Source: Candidatus Atelocyanobacterium thalassa isolate ALOHA
GTDB lineage: Bacteria; Cyanobacteriota; Cyanobacteriia; Cyanobacteriales; Microcystaceae
Direction: 5' to 3'
Assembly (NCBI RefSeq): GCF_000025125.1
Contig: NC_013771.1
Coordinates: forward strand, 750,001 to 782,000
Length of the DNA: 32,000 nt
Of this stretch, positions 1 to 10,125 are shown piece after piece. Below the pieces are notes generated by a model. It did not search any database. It was not told where the DNA came from and saw nothing but the letters and a program-made list of their open reading frames with translations. Numbering within the stretch: the stretch's first letter is position 1; each line of letters opens with the position of its first letter. Position numbers and translations under genes: made by a program.

Positions 1-530
1 AAGTTTGCTTATCTAAAAACATTTAATTTATAAAGCTTAAAGTATTAACTTAATTTACTAAGTATTTTGAAGTCATATTCCAGTTGTAATAATTTAATAA
101 TTTGATTCTTAAATCAATAAAAAATTAGGTTTAACAAACTAAGCTTTTTAATTTAATTCAGTAAGATAACAGGAGATTTAAGGTTCCAAAAATGAAAAAT
201 CTTGTAATTGTTCACTTTTATATATTTTTTGTTACAATTCTGTTGATCTAGGTCATCTTATGAGTAATTATAGTTTTATATTTTATACATGCTCAATGAG
301 ATTTTTCTTGTTTCATAAAACTATACACTGCCTATCTTCATAGATATTTTACACTTTGTATGTTTTATTCTTAATACATATGCTATTACTACTATTGTAA
401 GTTTATGTATAAAAAAAGAAGAATACTTTATAGCCTAAACATTATTATTTCGGCAAGAATAGAGTATTTAATAACTTCTATTTATTTCTTTTTTTGTTTA
501 AAAAAATGTTTAACTGTTAAATATATATAA

Positions 531-1865
531 ATGAACTCTTCTACATACCGCTTTAAAAGCAAATTATTCAATTTATTTAATCGTAAGTCTTTATTGTTAA
601 AAGAGCGTCTTATCTACGAAGCTAAAAAAATAAGAATTATTTTTAAATGGGGAATACAAATTATTATATACCCACTTTATTTTCTTATACATACACAAAA
701 AATTGATCAAAAAAGATTCAAAGAAGCTAATTATTCACTAAATGTTTTTTATTCAAATACTGATTTTTATTTGGAAAAAATACTTCAAAAAACAAAGTAT
801 TTTTTGTTAGATTTTGAAAAAAGTGAAAATTATTTTAAAAAGCAAGAAAAACTAAAAAATGTAGCTACTGTTAAAAATAATAGTGTTGTTAGCTTAGTTC
901 AAGGATTAGCTAGTGATTTGACAACTCGTAAATTAGTCTTAGTAATTGATAACAAAATTATTGATGTATTATCTGAAAACCAAAAAGATTATTTGCATAA
1001 ATATATTAATTTACAACTGGATAACCATAAAAGTAACTCACAATATAGCGAAGTCCACGACTTAAGCTTAATTAATAAATTTTTTACAAAACAAAACTTC
1101 ATTTCATTTTCGACACTTGTCTTTTATAAACTAATGCTTTGGATGAAACGTGGCTCTCTGGCTAAGAATCTCGATTTTTTTGGAGAGTTGTCAGATATAT
1201 CTCCAAACCCAGACAAATTATTCAAAGGAGTGCAAGACTCTATCATTAAAAATGATGGCAAAAATAAAAAGAAAACTTTTTATTTTTTAGTAGGTAAAAT
1301 CACTCAAAAATGGAAAGGTTATTTACAAGATAAAAACTATAGATATTTTAAGAGACAACGTGATCAGTTCTCTTTGAAATTTTTTATGCATATAACCATA
1401 TATTATTTTTTAAACCAGCTTTTATCTAGTAAATATTTAAAACATCATCTAAAACAAAAAAAAATAAAGCTATACGAAACCAAGAACAACGACAGATTAT
1501 TATTCCAAAATGAAGTATCTGATAAACCTATATTATTAGAGGATAAGCCTTCAAAATCATATCCTACTATTGATTTATCTAATAATAATTTTATCTATGA
1601 GTTACACAAAGATAAAGTCAATTATTTAAACATTAATCAAATTTTTAAAAAATCAATCAACAATCAGTTGATTCCTACCATAGACAATGAGAAACAAGTA
1701 GAATTTACAACAAATTTTACAGAAGTAGAGATCGAATCTACAAAATATATTAAACATCCTTTAATTATGATTTTAGAAGTTTTAGATATAGTTATTTACT
1801 GGATAGAAGAATTGGTAATGAAAATATGGAAAGTGATTTTTAAAGTACTTAATCATAAAAAGTAA
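531..1865 (+). CDS. Hypothetical protein, Lys/Asn/Ile-rich, with hydrophobic segments near both termini; no family recognised
   Basis: 444 stop-free codons in very AT-rich DNA, where stop codons are frequent, so unlikely to be chance. ATG start. N-terminal basic stretch then hydrophobic WGIQIIIYPLYFLI; C-terminal hydrophobic HPLIMILEVLDIVIYWIEEL. No catalytic motif recognised. Confidence 0.6.
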   Translation: MNSSTYRFKSKLFNLFNRKSLLLKERLIYEAKKIRIIFKWGIQIIIYPLYFLIHTQKIDQKRFKEANYSLNVFYSNTDFYLEKILQKTKYFLLDFEKSENYFKKQEKLKNVATVKNNSVVSLVQGLASDLTTRKLVLVIDNKIIDVLSENQKDYLHKYINLQLDNHKSNSQYSEVHDLSLINKFFTKQNFISFSTLVFYKLMLWMKRGSLAKNLDFFGELSDISPNPDKLFKGVQDSIIKNDGKNKKKTFYFLVGKITQKWKGYLQDKNYRYFKRQRDQFSLKFFMHITIYYFLNQLLSSKYLKHHLKQKKIKLYETKNNDRLLFQNEVSDKPILLEDKPSKSYPTIDLSNNNFIYELHKDKVNYLNINQIFKKSINNQLIPTIDNEKQVEFTTNFTEVEIESTKYIKHPLIMILEVLDIVIYWIEELVMKIWKVIFKVLNHKK

Positions 1866-2070
1866 AAATATACTATTAAAAGATAAAACATATTTATCAT
1901 TAAAGATTAATTACATCCTATATTAAATTCCACAGGCTAATATATCTAAGGAACAAAATATAGTTTAAAATTTGATTATTATCGAAAAAATTAATGTTCT
2001 AGATAATTAAAACTAAAGGAATATATTTACGTATAGTCTTCTCTCGATATTTCTATATTGTAAATTTTGA

Positions 2071-2319
2071 TTAGCTAGGGACAGGGGATCCTGGACATAA
2101 GCGAAGCCATTTACCTGTTTCTTCTAGAAAACTTTCACAATTCACAATATCCCACTCTATTTCAATATAATCATTCTTGGGGCGAATATTTACATTAATA
2201 TCAGCTTTTATAGGATTAAAAGATGGTTTATTAGTTAAGTGGGATTGTTGGTGCTGTTCTTCAACTGCATGATAAGTTTGACAAACGTCAACATAATAAC
2301 AGTTAACACAAATACACAT
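2071..2319 (-). CDS. ycf34: Ycf34, small cyanobacterial/plastid Fe-S protein
   Basis: N-terminus MCICVNCYYVDVCQTYHAVEEQHQQSHLT matches the conserved Cys-rich Ycf34 signature (C-x-C-x2-C-x5-C followed by TYHAVE.QH). Length of 82 aa is typical. Confidence 0.85.
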   Translation of the reverse strand: MCICVNCYYVDVCQTYHAVEEQHQQSHLTNKPSFNPIKADINVNIRPKNDYIEIEWDIVNCESFLEETGKWLRLCPGSPVPS

Positions 2320-2403
2320 ACTTTTTCTCTATAATTTATACTAATTTAGCGTAAATTAAGAAGACTCGACTAACTTCTAAAATTTGCTTTCATACTGTAA
2401 AAA

Positions 2404-3669
2404 ATGAGGTCAAAAACAGTTCTAATTTTATCTTCAAATATACTACCTTTTGAATTAACTATTTTGCCATCCAAAGCTTACTTGGTAGGGGGAGCTGTGA
2501 GAGATATACTTTTAAATTCTGAACAAGATTACATTGACCTAGATATAATTCTACCAAATTTTGTTACTAAAATAGCGAAAAAAATTACACTAAACTATCA
2601 TGTGAACTTTATTGTTTTAGATTCAAAAAGAAGTATTGTTAGAATCACTTTCAATAAAGGAACTATCGATTTAGCGAAACAAAATGGAAACAATGTACAT
2701 AAAGACTTAAAACAAAGAGATTTTACTATTAATGCAATTGCTTATAGTTTCCATAGACAGCAATTAGTTGATCCTTTAAAAGGGTTAAGAGATTTGCAGA
2801 TAAAAAATATCAGAATGATTCATATAAATAATCTTCAAGATGATCCTTTGAGATTGATACGTGCTTATAGGCAAGCCTCTCAATTAAACTTTATTATCGA
2901 AACTAGAACTCGTCATGCAATTAAAGAAGTTTCTTCTTGTATTTCTCAGGTTGCTGTAGAAAGGATACAGACAGAGCTAGGTTATTTATTACAAAGCTTT
3001 AACGGTAGCGATTGGCTGGCCGAGATGGGAAAAGATGGTTTACTCAAGGTTATTTTACCTGGTTTAAATCAAAATAATTTTTATTATCTAAAACAAGTTA
3101 ATCACAAAATTTTATTATTGATTAATAAACTAAAAAGAAATGAACTTGATATTTTTTTTGACTTTAATAGGATCCGCGATATTTATAATAATAATTTAGT
3201 TAAAAGAGTAAAACTTTTATGTCTATTATCCCAAAATCCTGAGGTAGCTGTTCAACAACTTACGTATTTAAAATATTCTAAAAATGATGTAAAAATATTA
3301 CCTATACTTTTAAAACAGATTTCATTAATAAATAAACAACCAATCTCTCGAAAACATATTCATTCTATTTTCGTAGAAACAGGAAAAAACTTTCCTACTT
3401 TTGCTTTATTTTCTCTAGTAAAAAACATAAATCATAAACTTATTTTTGAAATGATTTACCGTTATCTGAATCCTCATGATAGGCTAGCCCACTCCCAACC
3501 TCTCATAACAGGTCGTGATTTAATTATAAATTTAAAGATTAAGCAAGGACAAAAGATAGGACAAATATTAAGCTACGTTCAAATTGCTCATATTGAAGAA
3601 AAGATATTTACAAGAAAAGAAGCTTTGGACTTAGCAAAGGAAATATATAATAAGATAAGTCTCATATAA
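2404..3669 (+). CDS. cca: tRNA nucleotidyltransferase (CCA-adding enzyme), PcnB/poly(A) polymerase family
   Basis: Class II nucleotidyltransferase head motifs: GGAVRD, DLDII (DxD), RDFTINAIAY, DPLRLIRAYR. Both tRNA genes in this window lack an encoded 3' CCA, consistent with a requirement for this enzyme. Confidence 0.85.
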   Translation: MRSKTVLILSSNILPFELTILPSKAYLVGGAVRDILLNSEQDYIDLDIILPNFVTKIAKKITLNYHVNFIVLDSKRSIVRITFNKGTIDLAKQNGNNVHKDLKQRDFTINAIAYSFHRQQLVDPLKGLRDLQIKNIRMIHINNLQDDPLRLIRAYRQASQLNFIIETRTRHAIKEVSSCISQVAVERIQTELGYLLQSFNGSDWLAEMGKDGLLKVILPGLNQNNFYYLKQVNHKILLLINKLKRNELDIFFDFNRIRDIYNNNLVKRVKLLCLLSQNPEVAVQQLTYLKYSKNDVKILPILLKQISLINKQPISRKHIHSIFVETGKNFPTFALFSLVKNINHKLIFEMIYRYLNPHDRLAHSQPLITGRDLIINLKIKQGQKIGQILSYVQIAHIEEKIFTRKEALDLAKEIYNKISLI

Positions 3670-3871
3670 GCTAATTTGTATATATTAGAATGTTTGCCTA
3701 TAAATTTATTTGATATGGACTTTATTTTTTAATTTACTGTTAATTGAATATTCTATATATTTTTAATAATCATATGCTTCTTATCTTGTTAAAACTAAAA
3801 TAAGATATGCATGGTATTTCTATTCTTTAAGAAAGAATAGTATTATATTAATTTCTAATCAATTTATTTTC

Positions 3872-4429
3872 ATGTCATATGAATCTTTAAAACTTTATAC
3901 TCCTCGGGTTAATGAGATTGATGAACTTGTTTCCCTAGACAAAATTTGTTTAGGAGGTCTTTGGACATTAGATAACTACGAAAGAGAATTACAAAGTCCA
4001 AATAGTCATTTTTTAGTTTTATCTACAAACTCAGTAGGTGCAATAATCGGATGTGGATGTTTTTGGAGAATTCTAGAAGAAGCACATATTACATTACTCA
4101 TGATTAATCCAAGTTATCAAAGTCAAGGTCTAGGACAATTACTACTTTATAGTCTTCTAAAGAACGCTGTTTCTAGTCATTTAGAACATGCAACATTAGA
4201 AGTTCGTGCTTCTAATAAATCTGCTATTGGCTTGTATGAAAAATTTGGTTTTAAAATTGCTGGGAGACGTAAAAAATATTATAAAAAAACTGGTGAAGAT
4301 GCTTTAATTTTCTGGAAAAGTGATTTAAATAGTCCTGTATTTCAGCAAGAATTATCATCTTGGAAAAAACTAATTAATAAACGTTTAATAAATAGTTGTT
4401 ACCTTCCTCCAGATCTTATCTGTTATTAA
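3872..4429 (+). CDS. rimI: GNAT N-acetyltransferase, ribosomal-protein-alanine acetyltransferase type
   Basis: GNAT acetyl-CoA motif QSQGLGQLLL. LEVRASNKSAIGLYEKFGF and GRRKKYYKKTGEDALIFW are typical of RimI. Confidence 0.8.
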   Translation: MSYESLKLYTPRVNEIDELVSLDKICLGGLWTLDNYERELQSPNSHFLVLSTNSVGAIIGCGCFWRILEEAHITLLMINPSYQSQGLGQLLLYSLLKNAVSSHLEHATLEVRASNKSAIGLYEKFGFKIAGRRKKYYKKTGEDALIFWKSDLNSPVFQQELSSWKKLINKRLINSCYLPPDLICY

Positions 4430-4910
4430 TTGTAAGACAATAGTAATATTTGAAAGAAAACTTAAGTTACTATAAATCTTATTTTATTTGTCTACAAAAA
4501 ATTTTCTAACATATTTCAGAAATATTAGAAATCTTTATAATCCTTGCTAAGTTTTATTGTTTAAGTATGTAGTGGAAAAATTATTCTAATTTAACAATAA
4601 ATTAACTTTCTTAGAATATACATTATAATCATTCTACATATATTAAGTTAGTGCTCTCGTTCATATATATACTTATAGAAGCTAAAGTATACGCTATTTG
4701 CTTGAGATAATTTATGTTTATCAAATATCTTTTTTAGGATAAGTTATTAACTTTGAAAACTGGCATAGTAAATGATATAAAATGATGACAAAAACAAATT
4801 AAACTAATGATTTACACAGTTAGCTAAACTAGCGAGATAAAGAAAAATCTTAAAATTTGACTTCTAGTAATAGTATGACAAAAATAAATCTTTAATCTTA
4901 ATATAAATAT

Positions 4911-5894
4911 ATGGCAGAAACATTACTATTTAACGCTTTGCGTGAAGCTATCGATGAAGAGATGAAACGAGATGATACAGTCTTTATCTTAGGAGAAGAT
5001 GTAGGTCATTATGGTGGATCTTACAAAGTTACAAAAGATCTTGCTCAAAAATATGGTGAACTTAGAGTTTTAGATACTCCAATAGCTGAAAACAGTTTCA
5101 CAGGAATGGCTGTAGGCGCTGCCATGGCAGGCTTAAAGCCCATAGTAGAGGGAATGAATATGGGTTTTTTACTACTAGCTTTTAATCAGATTTCCAATAA
5201 TGCAGGAATGTTGAGGTATACTTCTGGTGGTAATTTTAAAATTCCTATAGTTATTCGTGGTCCCGGAGGTGTCGGAAGACAATTAGGAGCTGAACATTCT
5301 CATCGTTTAGAAGCTTATTTCCATGCAGTCCCAGGACTTAAAATTGTTGCTTGTTCAACTCCTTATAATGCCAAAGGGCTTCTTAAAGCAGCTATTAGAG
5401 ATGAAAATCCTGTTCTTTTTTTTGAACATGTTTTACTATATAATCTTAAAGAAGAGCTTCCTGATGAAGAATATGTTCTTTCTTTAAATAAAGCAGAAAT
5501 CGTACGTTCTGGGAAAGATATAACTATTCTTACTTATTCTCGCATGCGTCATCATTGTGTACAAGCATTAAAAGAAATTGAAAAAGCAGGTTATTCTCCC
5601 GAGATAATCGATTTAATTTCTCTCAAACCATTTGATCTTGAAACTATTGGAAATTCAATTCGAAAAACTCACAAAGTTCTTATCGTAGAAGAATGCATGA
5701 AAACAAGTGGTATAGCTGCAGAGTTGATTGCTTTAATTACAGAAAATTTTTTTGACGAGTTAGATGCTCCTGTCGTACGTTTATCGTCTCAAGATATTCC
5801 AACACCCTATAATGGGATGCTAGAAAAACTAACAATAGTACAACCTTCACAAATTGCTTCATTAGTAGAAAAGATTATGAAGCTGGATATTTAA
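4911..5894 (+). CDS. pdhB: Pyruvate dehydrogenase E1 component, beta subunit
   Basis: Full-length match by eye to PdhB: [62 protein letters not shown]. 327 aa. Confidence 0.95.
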   Translation: MAETLLFNALREAIDEEMKRDDTVFILGEDVGHYGGSYKVTKDLAQKYGELRVLDTPIAENSFTGMAVGAAMAGLKPIVEGMNMGFLLLAFNQISNNAGMLRYTSGGNFKIPIVIRGPGGVGRQLGAEHSHRLEAYFHAVPGLKIVACSTPYNAKGLLKAAIRDENPVLFFEHVLLYNLKEELPDEEYVLSLNKAEIVRSGKDITILTYSRMRHHCVQALKEIEKAGYSPEIIDLISLKPFDLETIGNSIRKTHKVLIVEECMKTSGIAAELIALITENFFDELDAPVVRLSSQDIPTPYNGMLEKLTIVQPSQIASLVEKIMKLDI

Positions 5895-5915
5895 CTTTAT
5901 TATTTTCAAATAGTT

Positions 5916-7328
5916 ATGAAACAACAACGTTTGTTGATAGTTTTGATTATTGCTCTTTTAACAAGTGCTATAACCTTTCTCAATATCATGCCTTTACAAT
6001 TAGGACTCGATCTTAAAGGCGGAAGTCAATTAACAATACAACTCAAGCCAACTGAAGATATTAAGAATATTTCTCAAGAAGATCTAGAAGCAGCAAAAAC
6101 TGTTCTTGAGAATCGAGTTAATGGTTTAGGGGTAGCTGAGCCTATTGTACAAACTTTAGGAAAAGATAAAATTGTTATTCAATTACCTGGAGTTACAAAT
6201 CCAGAACAAGCAGAAAGAGTATTAGGAGGTACAGCACAATTAGATTTCCAAGAACAACGTAAAGGTACTGAAGGTCAATTAAGTGCGGAATTTAAAATAA
6301 GACAACAAAAAAATATAGAATTAAACACACTTAAACAAAAAAAACCTGATTTAGAGACAAAGAAACGTATTGTTGAATTAGTAGAATCAATAGATGTATC
6401 TAATCAAGCAATATTGAAATTATTTGATCCTGCTGGTTTGTCAGGTAAAAACTTAAAAAATGCTCGTTATGGTCCAAGCCAAGGAATTGAGTGGCAAGTG
6501 ATTATCGATTTTGATAACGAAGGAGAAGAAAAATTCGCTAACTTAACAAAACAGGTTGCTGGCACTGGACGTAGTATTGGGATCTTTTTAGATAATATAT
6601 TAATTAGTGCACCTGTCGTTAGTCCTCAATTTGCTGTTACAGGAATTACTGGAGGTAGTGCAGTAATTACAGGTAACTTCACAGCAGAAAGTGCTAATGA
6701 AATGGCTGTTCAGTTACGTGGAGGTTCTTTGCCTTTCCCAGTAGAAGTTGTTGAAAACAGGACTGTTGGCGCAACTTTAGGGCAAGATAGTGTTCGTCGG
6801 AGTATTTATGCTACTGCAACTGGTTTAATTCTTGTTTTAATTTTTATGATAGTTTATTACCGCCTATCAGGAGTTTTGGCCAATATAGCGTTGTTAATCT
6901 ATGCTGCATTAACCCTAGCTTGTTATTCTCTCATTGGAGTAACGCTAACTCTACCTGGTATAGCAGGATTTATTTTAAGTATTGGTATGGCAGTAGATGC
7001 TAACATTCTGGTATTTGAGAGAATTCGTGAAGAACTGCAAAACGGGAAGACACTTTATACTGGAGTGGAGTCTGGCTTTTATCGTGCTTTTTCTAGTATT
7101 TTAGATAGTAATATTACTACCTTGATAGCTTGTGGAGCCCTGTTCAGCTTAGGATCTGGTTTGGTCAAAGGGTTTGCTCTAACTTTAGCTATTGGAGTAT
7201 TAATTAGTATGTTTACAGCATTAACTTGCACTCGTACTTTATTATTAACTACAGTTTTAAAGTTTTCTATTGTTAGAAAAAATCCTGCAATTTTTTGTCC
7301 TAATCTTTTCACAACTTCAAAGTTTTAG
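5916..7328 (+). CDS. secD: Protein translocase subunit SecD
   Basis: LGLDLKGGSQL motif, periplasmic domain, and C-terminal 6-TM block with GMAVDANILVFERIREE. Starts 21 nt after pdhB and is followed by secF. Confidence 0.95.
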   Translation: MKQQRLLIVLIIALLTSAITFLNIMPLQLGLDLKGGSQLTIQLKPTEDIKNISQEDLEAAKTVLENRVNGLGVAEPIVQTLGKDKIVIQLPGVTNPEQAERVLGGTAQLDFQEQRKGTEGQLSAEFKIRQQKNIELNTLKQKKPDLETKKRIVELVESIDVSNQAILKLFDPAGLSGKNLKNARYGPSQGIEWQVIIDFDNEGEEKFANLTKQVAGTGRSIGIFLDNILISAPVVSPQFAVTGITGGSAVITGNFTAESANEMAVQLRGGSLPFPVEVVENRTVGATLGQDSVRRSIYATATGLILVLIFMIVYYRLSGVLANIALLIYAALTLACYSLIGVTLTLPGIAGFILSIGMAVDANILVFERIREELQNGKTLYTGVESGFYRAFSSILDSNITTLIACGALFSLGSGLVKGFALTLAIGVLISMFTALTCTRTLLLTTVLKFSIVRKNPAIFCPNLFTTSKF

Positions 7329-7389
7329 GAAATGTTTAATATACGAAGTTTTACAATTTTATTCTCTAGTATTTTAAAAATAGTTAATC

Positions 7390-8325
7390 ATGAAATTAAA
7401 TATAATTAAATGGAGAAAGGCATGGTGGTTTATATCTTCAACAATAATTTTAAGTAGTATTATTGGAATACTTATTTCATATTCTAAATTTAATGCTCCT
7501 TTAAAATTAGGGCTAGATTTTGTTGGAGGTACCAGGCTTCAATTACAGCTAGAATGCGAGATTCAAAAAAAATGTATCACACCAATTGATACAAAAATAG
7601 TTCGGGATATCTTGTCTACTAGAAATTTGAATGACAATACTATTCAAGTTTTAGAAAATAATATTCTTTCTATTCAAACTAAGGCACTTGATGTAGAACA
7701 AAGGACTGAATTGCAGAAAGAATTAAACAACAAAGTTGGGAAATTTGATCCTGAAACAATTCAAATAGATACGGTAGGACCTACTATCGGTTGGGAACTT
7801 TTTAAATCTGGAATTTTAGCTTTATTAGTATCTTTTTTAGGAATAGTTTTTTATCTAAGTGTTCGTTTTAAAATTGATTATGCATTTTTCGCTATCCTAG
7901 CATTAGTGCATGATGTTTTAATTACAGTTGGTTGTTTCTCTTTTTTAGGATTATTTGCATCGATAGAGGTTAATAGTCTATTTTTAGTTTCTCTGCTAAC
8001 TATAATAGGATTTTCTGTAAATGACACTGTCGTAATTTATGATCGTATTAGAGAGAATATAGATCGATTCAGTGAAGAACTTCCTTTGAGTGAAATAGTA
8101 AATAAATCTGTAAATCAGACTTTAGCTCGTTCTATTAATACTACTGCTACAACTTTGTTACCTCTCATAAGTCTTTTTCTTTTTGGAGGAGAAACAATAA
8201 AATATTTTGCTCTTGCTTTAATTTTAGGTTTTTCAGTAGGTTCTTATTCTAGTATTTTTATTGCAAGCACATTACTTGCATGGTGGCGTGAGCCTAAGTT
8301 ATCAAATATTAAACTAAGAAGTTAA
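7390..8325 (+). CDS. secF: Protein translocase subunit SecF
   Basis: LGLDFVGGTRLQL motif, and IGFSVNDTVVIYDRIREN in the TM core. Directly downstream of secD. Confidence 0.95.
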   Translation: MKLNIIKWRKAWWFISSTIILSSIIGILISYSKFNAPLKLGLDFVGGTRLQLQLECEIQKKCITPIDTKIVRDILSTRNLNDNTIQVLENNILSIQTKALDVEQRTELQKELNNKVGKFDPETIQIDTVGPTIGWELFKSGILALLVSFLGIVFYLSVRFKIDYAFFAILALVHDVLITVGCFSFLGLFASIEVNSLFLVSLLTIIGFSVNDTVVIYDRIRENIDRFSEELPLSEIVNKSVNQTLARSINTTATTLLPLISLFLFGGETIKYFALALILGFSVGSYSSIFIASTLLAWWREPKLSNIKLRS

Positions 8326-8465
8326 ATGAATTCCAGCCATTAAAATTTGTGATTGGTAAATTGTAAAATCACTAACTAATAAACTACATTACTTATACAT
8401 AAATTGTTTACATACTAGAAAAAAACAAACTTCTAGTATATAATAAGAGACGGTCTTGTGTATAA

Positions 8466-8552
8466 GGAGAGATGGCCGAGCGGTTGAAGGCGCAGCACTG
8501 GAAATGCTGTTTAGGGGTAACTTTAACGAGGGTTCGAATCCCTCTCTCTCCG
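8466..8552 (+). tRNA. tRNA-Ser (anticodon GGA)
   Basis: Hand-folded cloverleaf. Acceptor GGAGAGA/TCTCTCC, anticodon stem CAGCA/TGCTG with loop CTGGAAA, long variable arm, T-arm GAGGG-TTCGAAT-CCCTC, discriminator G. 87 nt; no encoded CCA (followed by TTT). Confidence 0.9.
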
Positions 8553-8579
8553 TTTTAAATATAATATTGTTAAAATCAA

Positions 8580-8644
8580 AAAAATTGAACCTTACTTAAT
8601 ATAGCCTTATTCCATAAGACTATATTAAGTAAGGTTCAATTTTT
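8580..8644. terminator. Bidirectional intrinsic terminator between tRNA-Ser (+) and tsaD (-)
   Basis: Perfect 25-bp stem (8580-8604 pairs with 8620-8644). A further 5 bp (8606-8610/8614-8618) follows after one mismatch. Both transcripts have a U-run after the stem: TTTTTC on plus, and 8 T then GATTTT on minus. Confidence 0.75.
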
Positions 8645-8701
8645 CTACTTATTAAAATAATGTAAGCCTTGATTTTTTAATTATGTTGCTGAGATATAAA
8701 C

Positions 8702-9745
8702 TTATTTGTATAGTTTCGTCGCTTCAGAAATTTTTAATCGAGATTGTACTTCAAGGCTCCAGGAAGAAATGTGTCCTCTTGTTAAGTGATCAGCAGCAGC
8801 ACAAGCTATCATAGCAGCATTATCTGTACATAATTCTAAAGGAGGATAGTAAACTTTTAAGTTATTTTTGCTAGCAGCTTCTGTTAAATAATTTCTCAAG
8901 CAACTATTGGCAGCAACTCCTCCGCCAATAGCAATATTATTTATATCGTAATCCATCGCACATCTAATAGTTTTTTTGGTTAATGAACGAACTATTGTTT
9001 CTTGAAAGCTTGCTGCTATATCAGCAACAGGTAAATCAACACCTTGTTCTTTCTTAAATTTTTCTACCAGTCTTAAAACAGCTGTTTTCAATCCACTAAA
9101 ACTTGAATCGTAAGGATGATAACCTCCTTGAGGTAGAGATATCCTACCTTCTGGTAAACTAAATTTTTTCGGATCACCCATAGTTGCTAACTTATCAATA
9201 ATTGGACCACCTGGATAGCCTAAATCCAATAATCGAGCTACTTTATCAAAAGCTTCTCCAGCAGCATCATCATGTGTTGCTCCTAATTCTTCATAAATTC
9301 CATAGCTTTTAACATGAATTATACTAGTATGACCTCCTGATACTAGTAAACAAAGAAAAGGAGGTTTTAAATCATTTTCACATAAATAGTTTGCATAGAT
9401 ATGTCCTTCTAAATGATGAATTCCTAAAAATGGTTTTTCATGTATCATAGAAAGCGTCTTCGCTGCTGTTTCTCCTACCATCAAAGCTCCAACGAGCCCT
9501 GGGGCAACTGTTGCAGCAATGCCATCAATTTCACTCCAATTTAATTTTGCAACTTGTAAGGCTTGATCAATACAATAATTAATATGTAATAAATGCTCAC
9601 GAGATGCTATTTCAGGAACTATTCCTCCATAGTAATTATGAAGTTCATTTTGATTGGCAACAATATTACTATAAATTTGTCTATCATTAACAATAGCTAC
9701 AGAAGTATCATCACAACTAGTTTCAATTGCTAATATAGTTGCCAT
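8702..9745 (-). CDS. tsaD: tRNA N6-adenosine threonylcarbamoyltransferase TsaD (Kae1/Gcp family)
   Basis: LAIETSCDDTSVAIV N-terminus, metal-binding HHLEGH, SGGHTS, GGGVAAN. 347 aa. Confidence 0.95.
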   Translation of the reverse strand: MATILAIETSCDDTSVAIVNDRQIYSNIVANQNELHNYYGGIVPEIASREHLLHINYCIDQALQVAKLNWSEIDGIAATVAPGLVGALMVGETAAKTLSMIHEKPFLGIHHLEGHIYANYLCENDLKPPFLCLLVSGGHTSIIHVKSYGIYEELGATHDDAAGEAFDKVARLLDLGYPGGPIIDKLATMGDPKKFSLPEGRISLPQGGYHPYDSSFSGLKTAVLRLVEKFKKEQGVDLPVADIAASFQETIVRSLTKKTIRCAMDYDINNIAIGGGVAANSCLRNYLTEAASKNNLKVYYPPLELCTDNAAMIACAAADHLTRGHISSWSLEVQSRLKISEATKLYK

Positions 9746-10125
9746 AGTTATTAATATTATTTACTTTTTACATTATTTAAAATAATAACTTATAACAACT
9801 TGTAAGGTGTTAATAGAGATTAAATGTTAGGAAAAAAGATATAGTTTTAATTTTACTTATAAGGTATATTGCACATAATTACTTGATTATTCTAACCATA
9901 CTTTAATGTACAGTAATTAAGCCTATGTATTTAATTACCTATATTTACCTTAATCATCATTGAATTTTAAGAAGTATTTAAAATAAAATATAGAAAAACA
10001 TAGATCATTAAGTATTACAGACCTTGTAATAAATTGTCAGTATTTATAATCTAAAAAGAAGCAGAAGATAATTAAGATATATTGCTACACTTAATAAGAA
10101 TTAAAAAATATTAATTATAAAAATC

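Noticed and set aside
192-251. 19-codon hydrophobic sORF (MKNLVIVHFYIFFVTILLI) downstream of an AGGAG at 171-175.
   Set aside because: The SD-like element is 16 nt from the ATG, which is too far. The peptide matches no small photosystem or cytochrome b6f subunit that I know (PsaM/I/J, PetG/L/M/N). Hydrophobic runs are expected from T-rich DNA.
3820-3840. 9-bp hairpin CTATTCTTT-AAG-AAAGAATAG, 31 nt upstream of the rimI start.
   Set aside because: It is too close to rimI to be a cca terminator with a separate rimI promoter downstream. The stem is short and AT-rich, and there is no evidence of a regulatory role.
4785-4889. Direct repeat ATGACAAAAA(C/T)AAAT at 4785-4799 and 4875-4889 upstream of pdhB.
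   Set aside because: It is a 14/15 match in A-rich spacer. Given the number of pairwise comparisons among all spacers, a few such matches are expected by chance.
7079-7312. Track ORFs antisense to or nested in strongly supported genes: 7079-7312(-), 10101-10292(-), 11378-11686(+), 13251-13490(-), 16199-16405(-), 19421-19603(-), 21808-22044(-).
   Set aside because: Each lies inside or overlaps a conserved gene on the opposite strand (secD, hemH, ubiA, recG, thiO, the psaK 3' end, the helicase). All have low-complexity or odd composition with no recognisable motifs, so they are most simply shadow ORFs.
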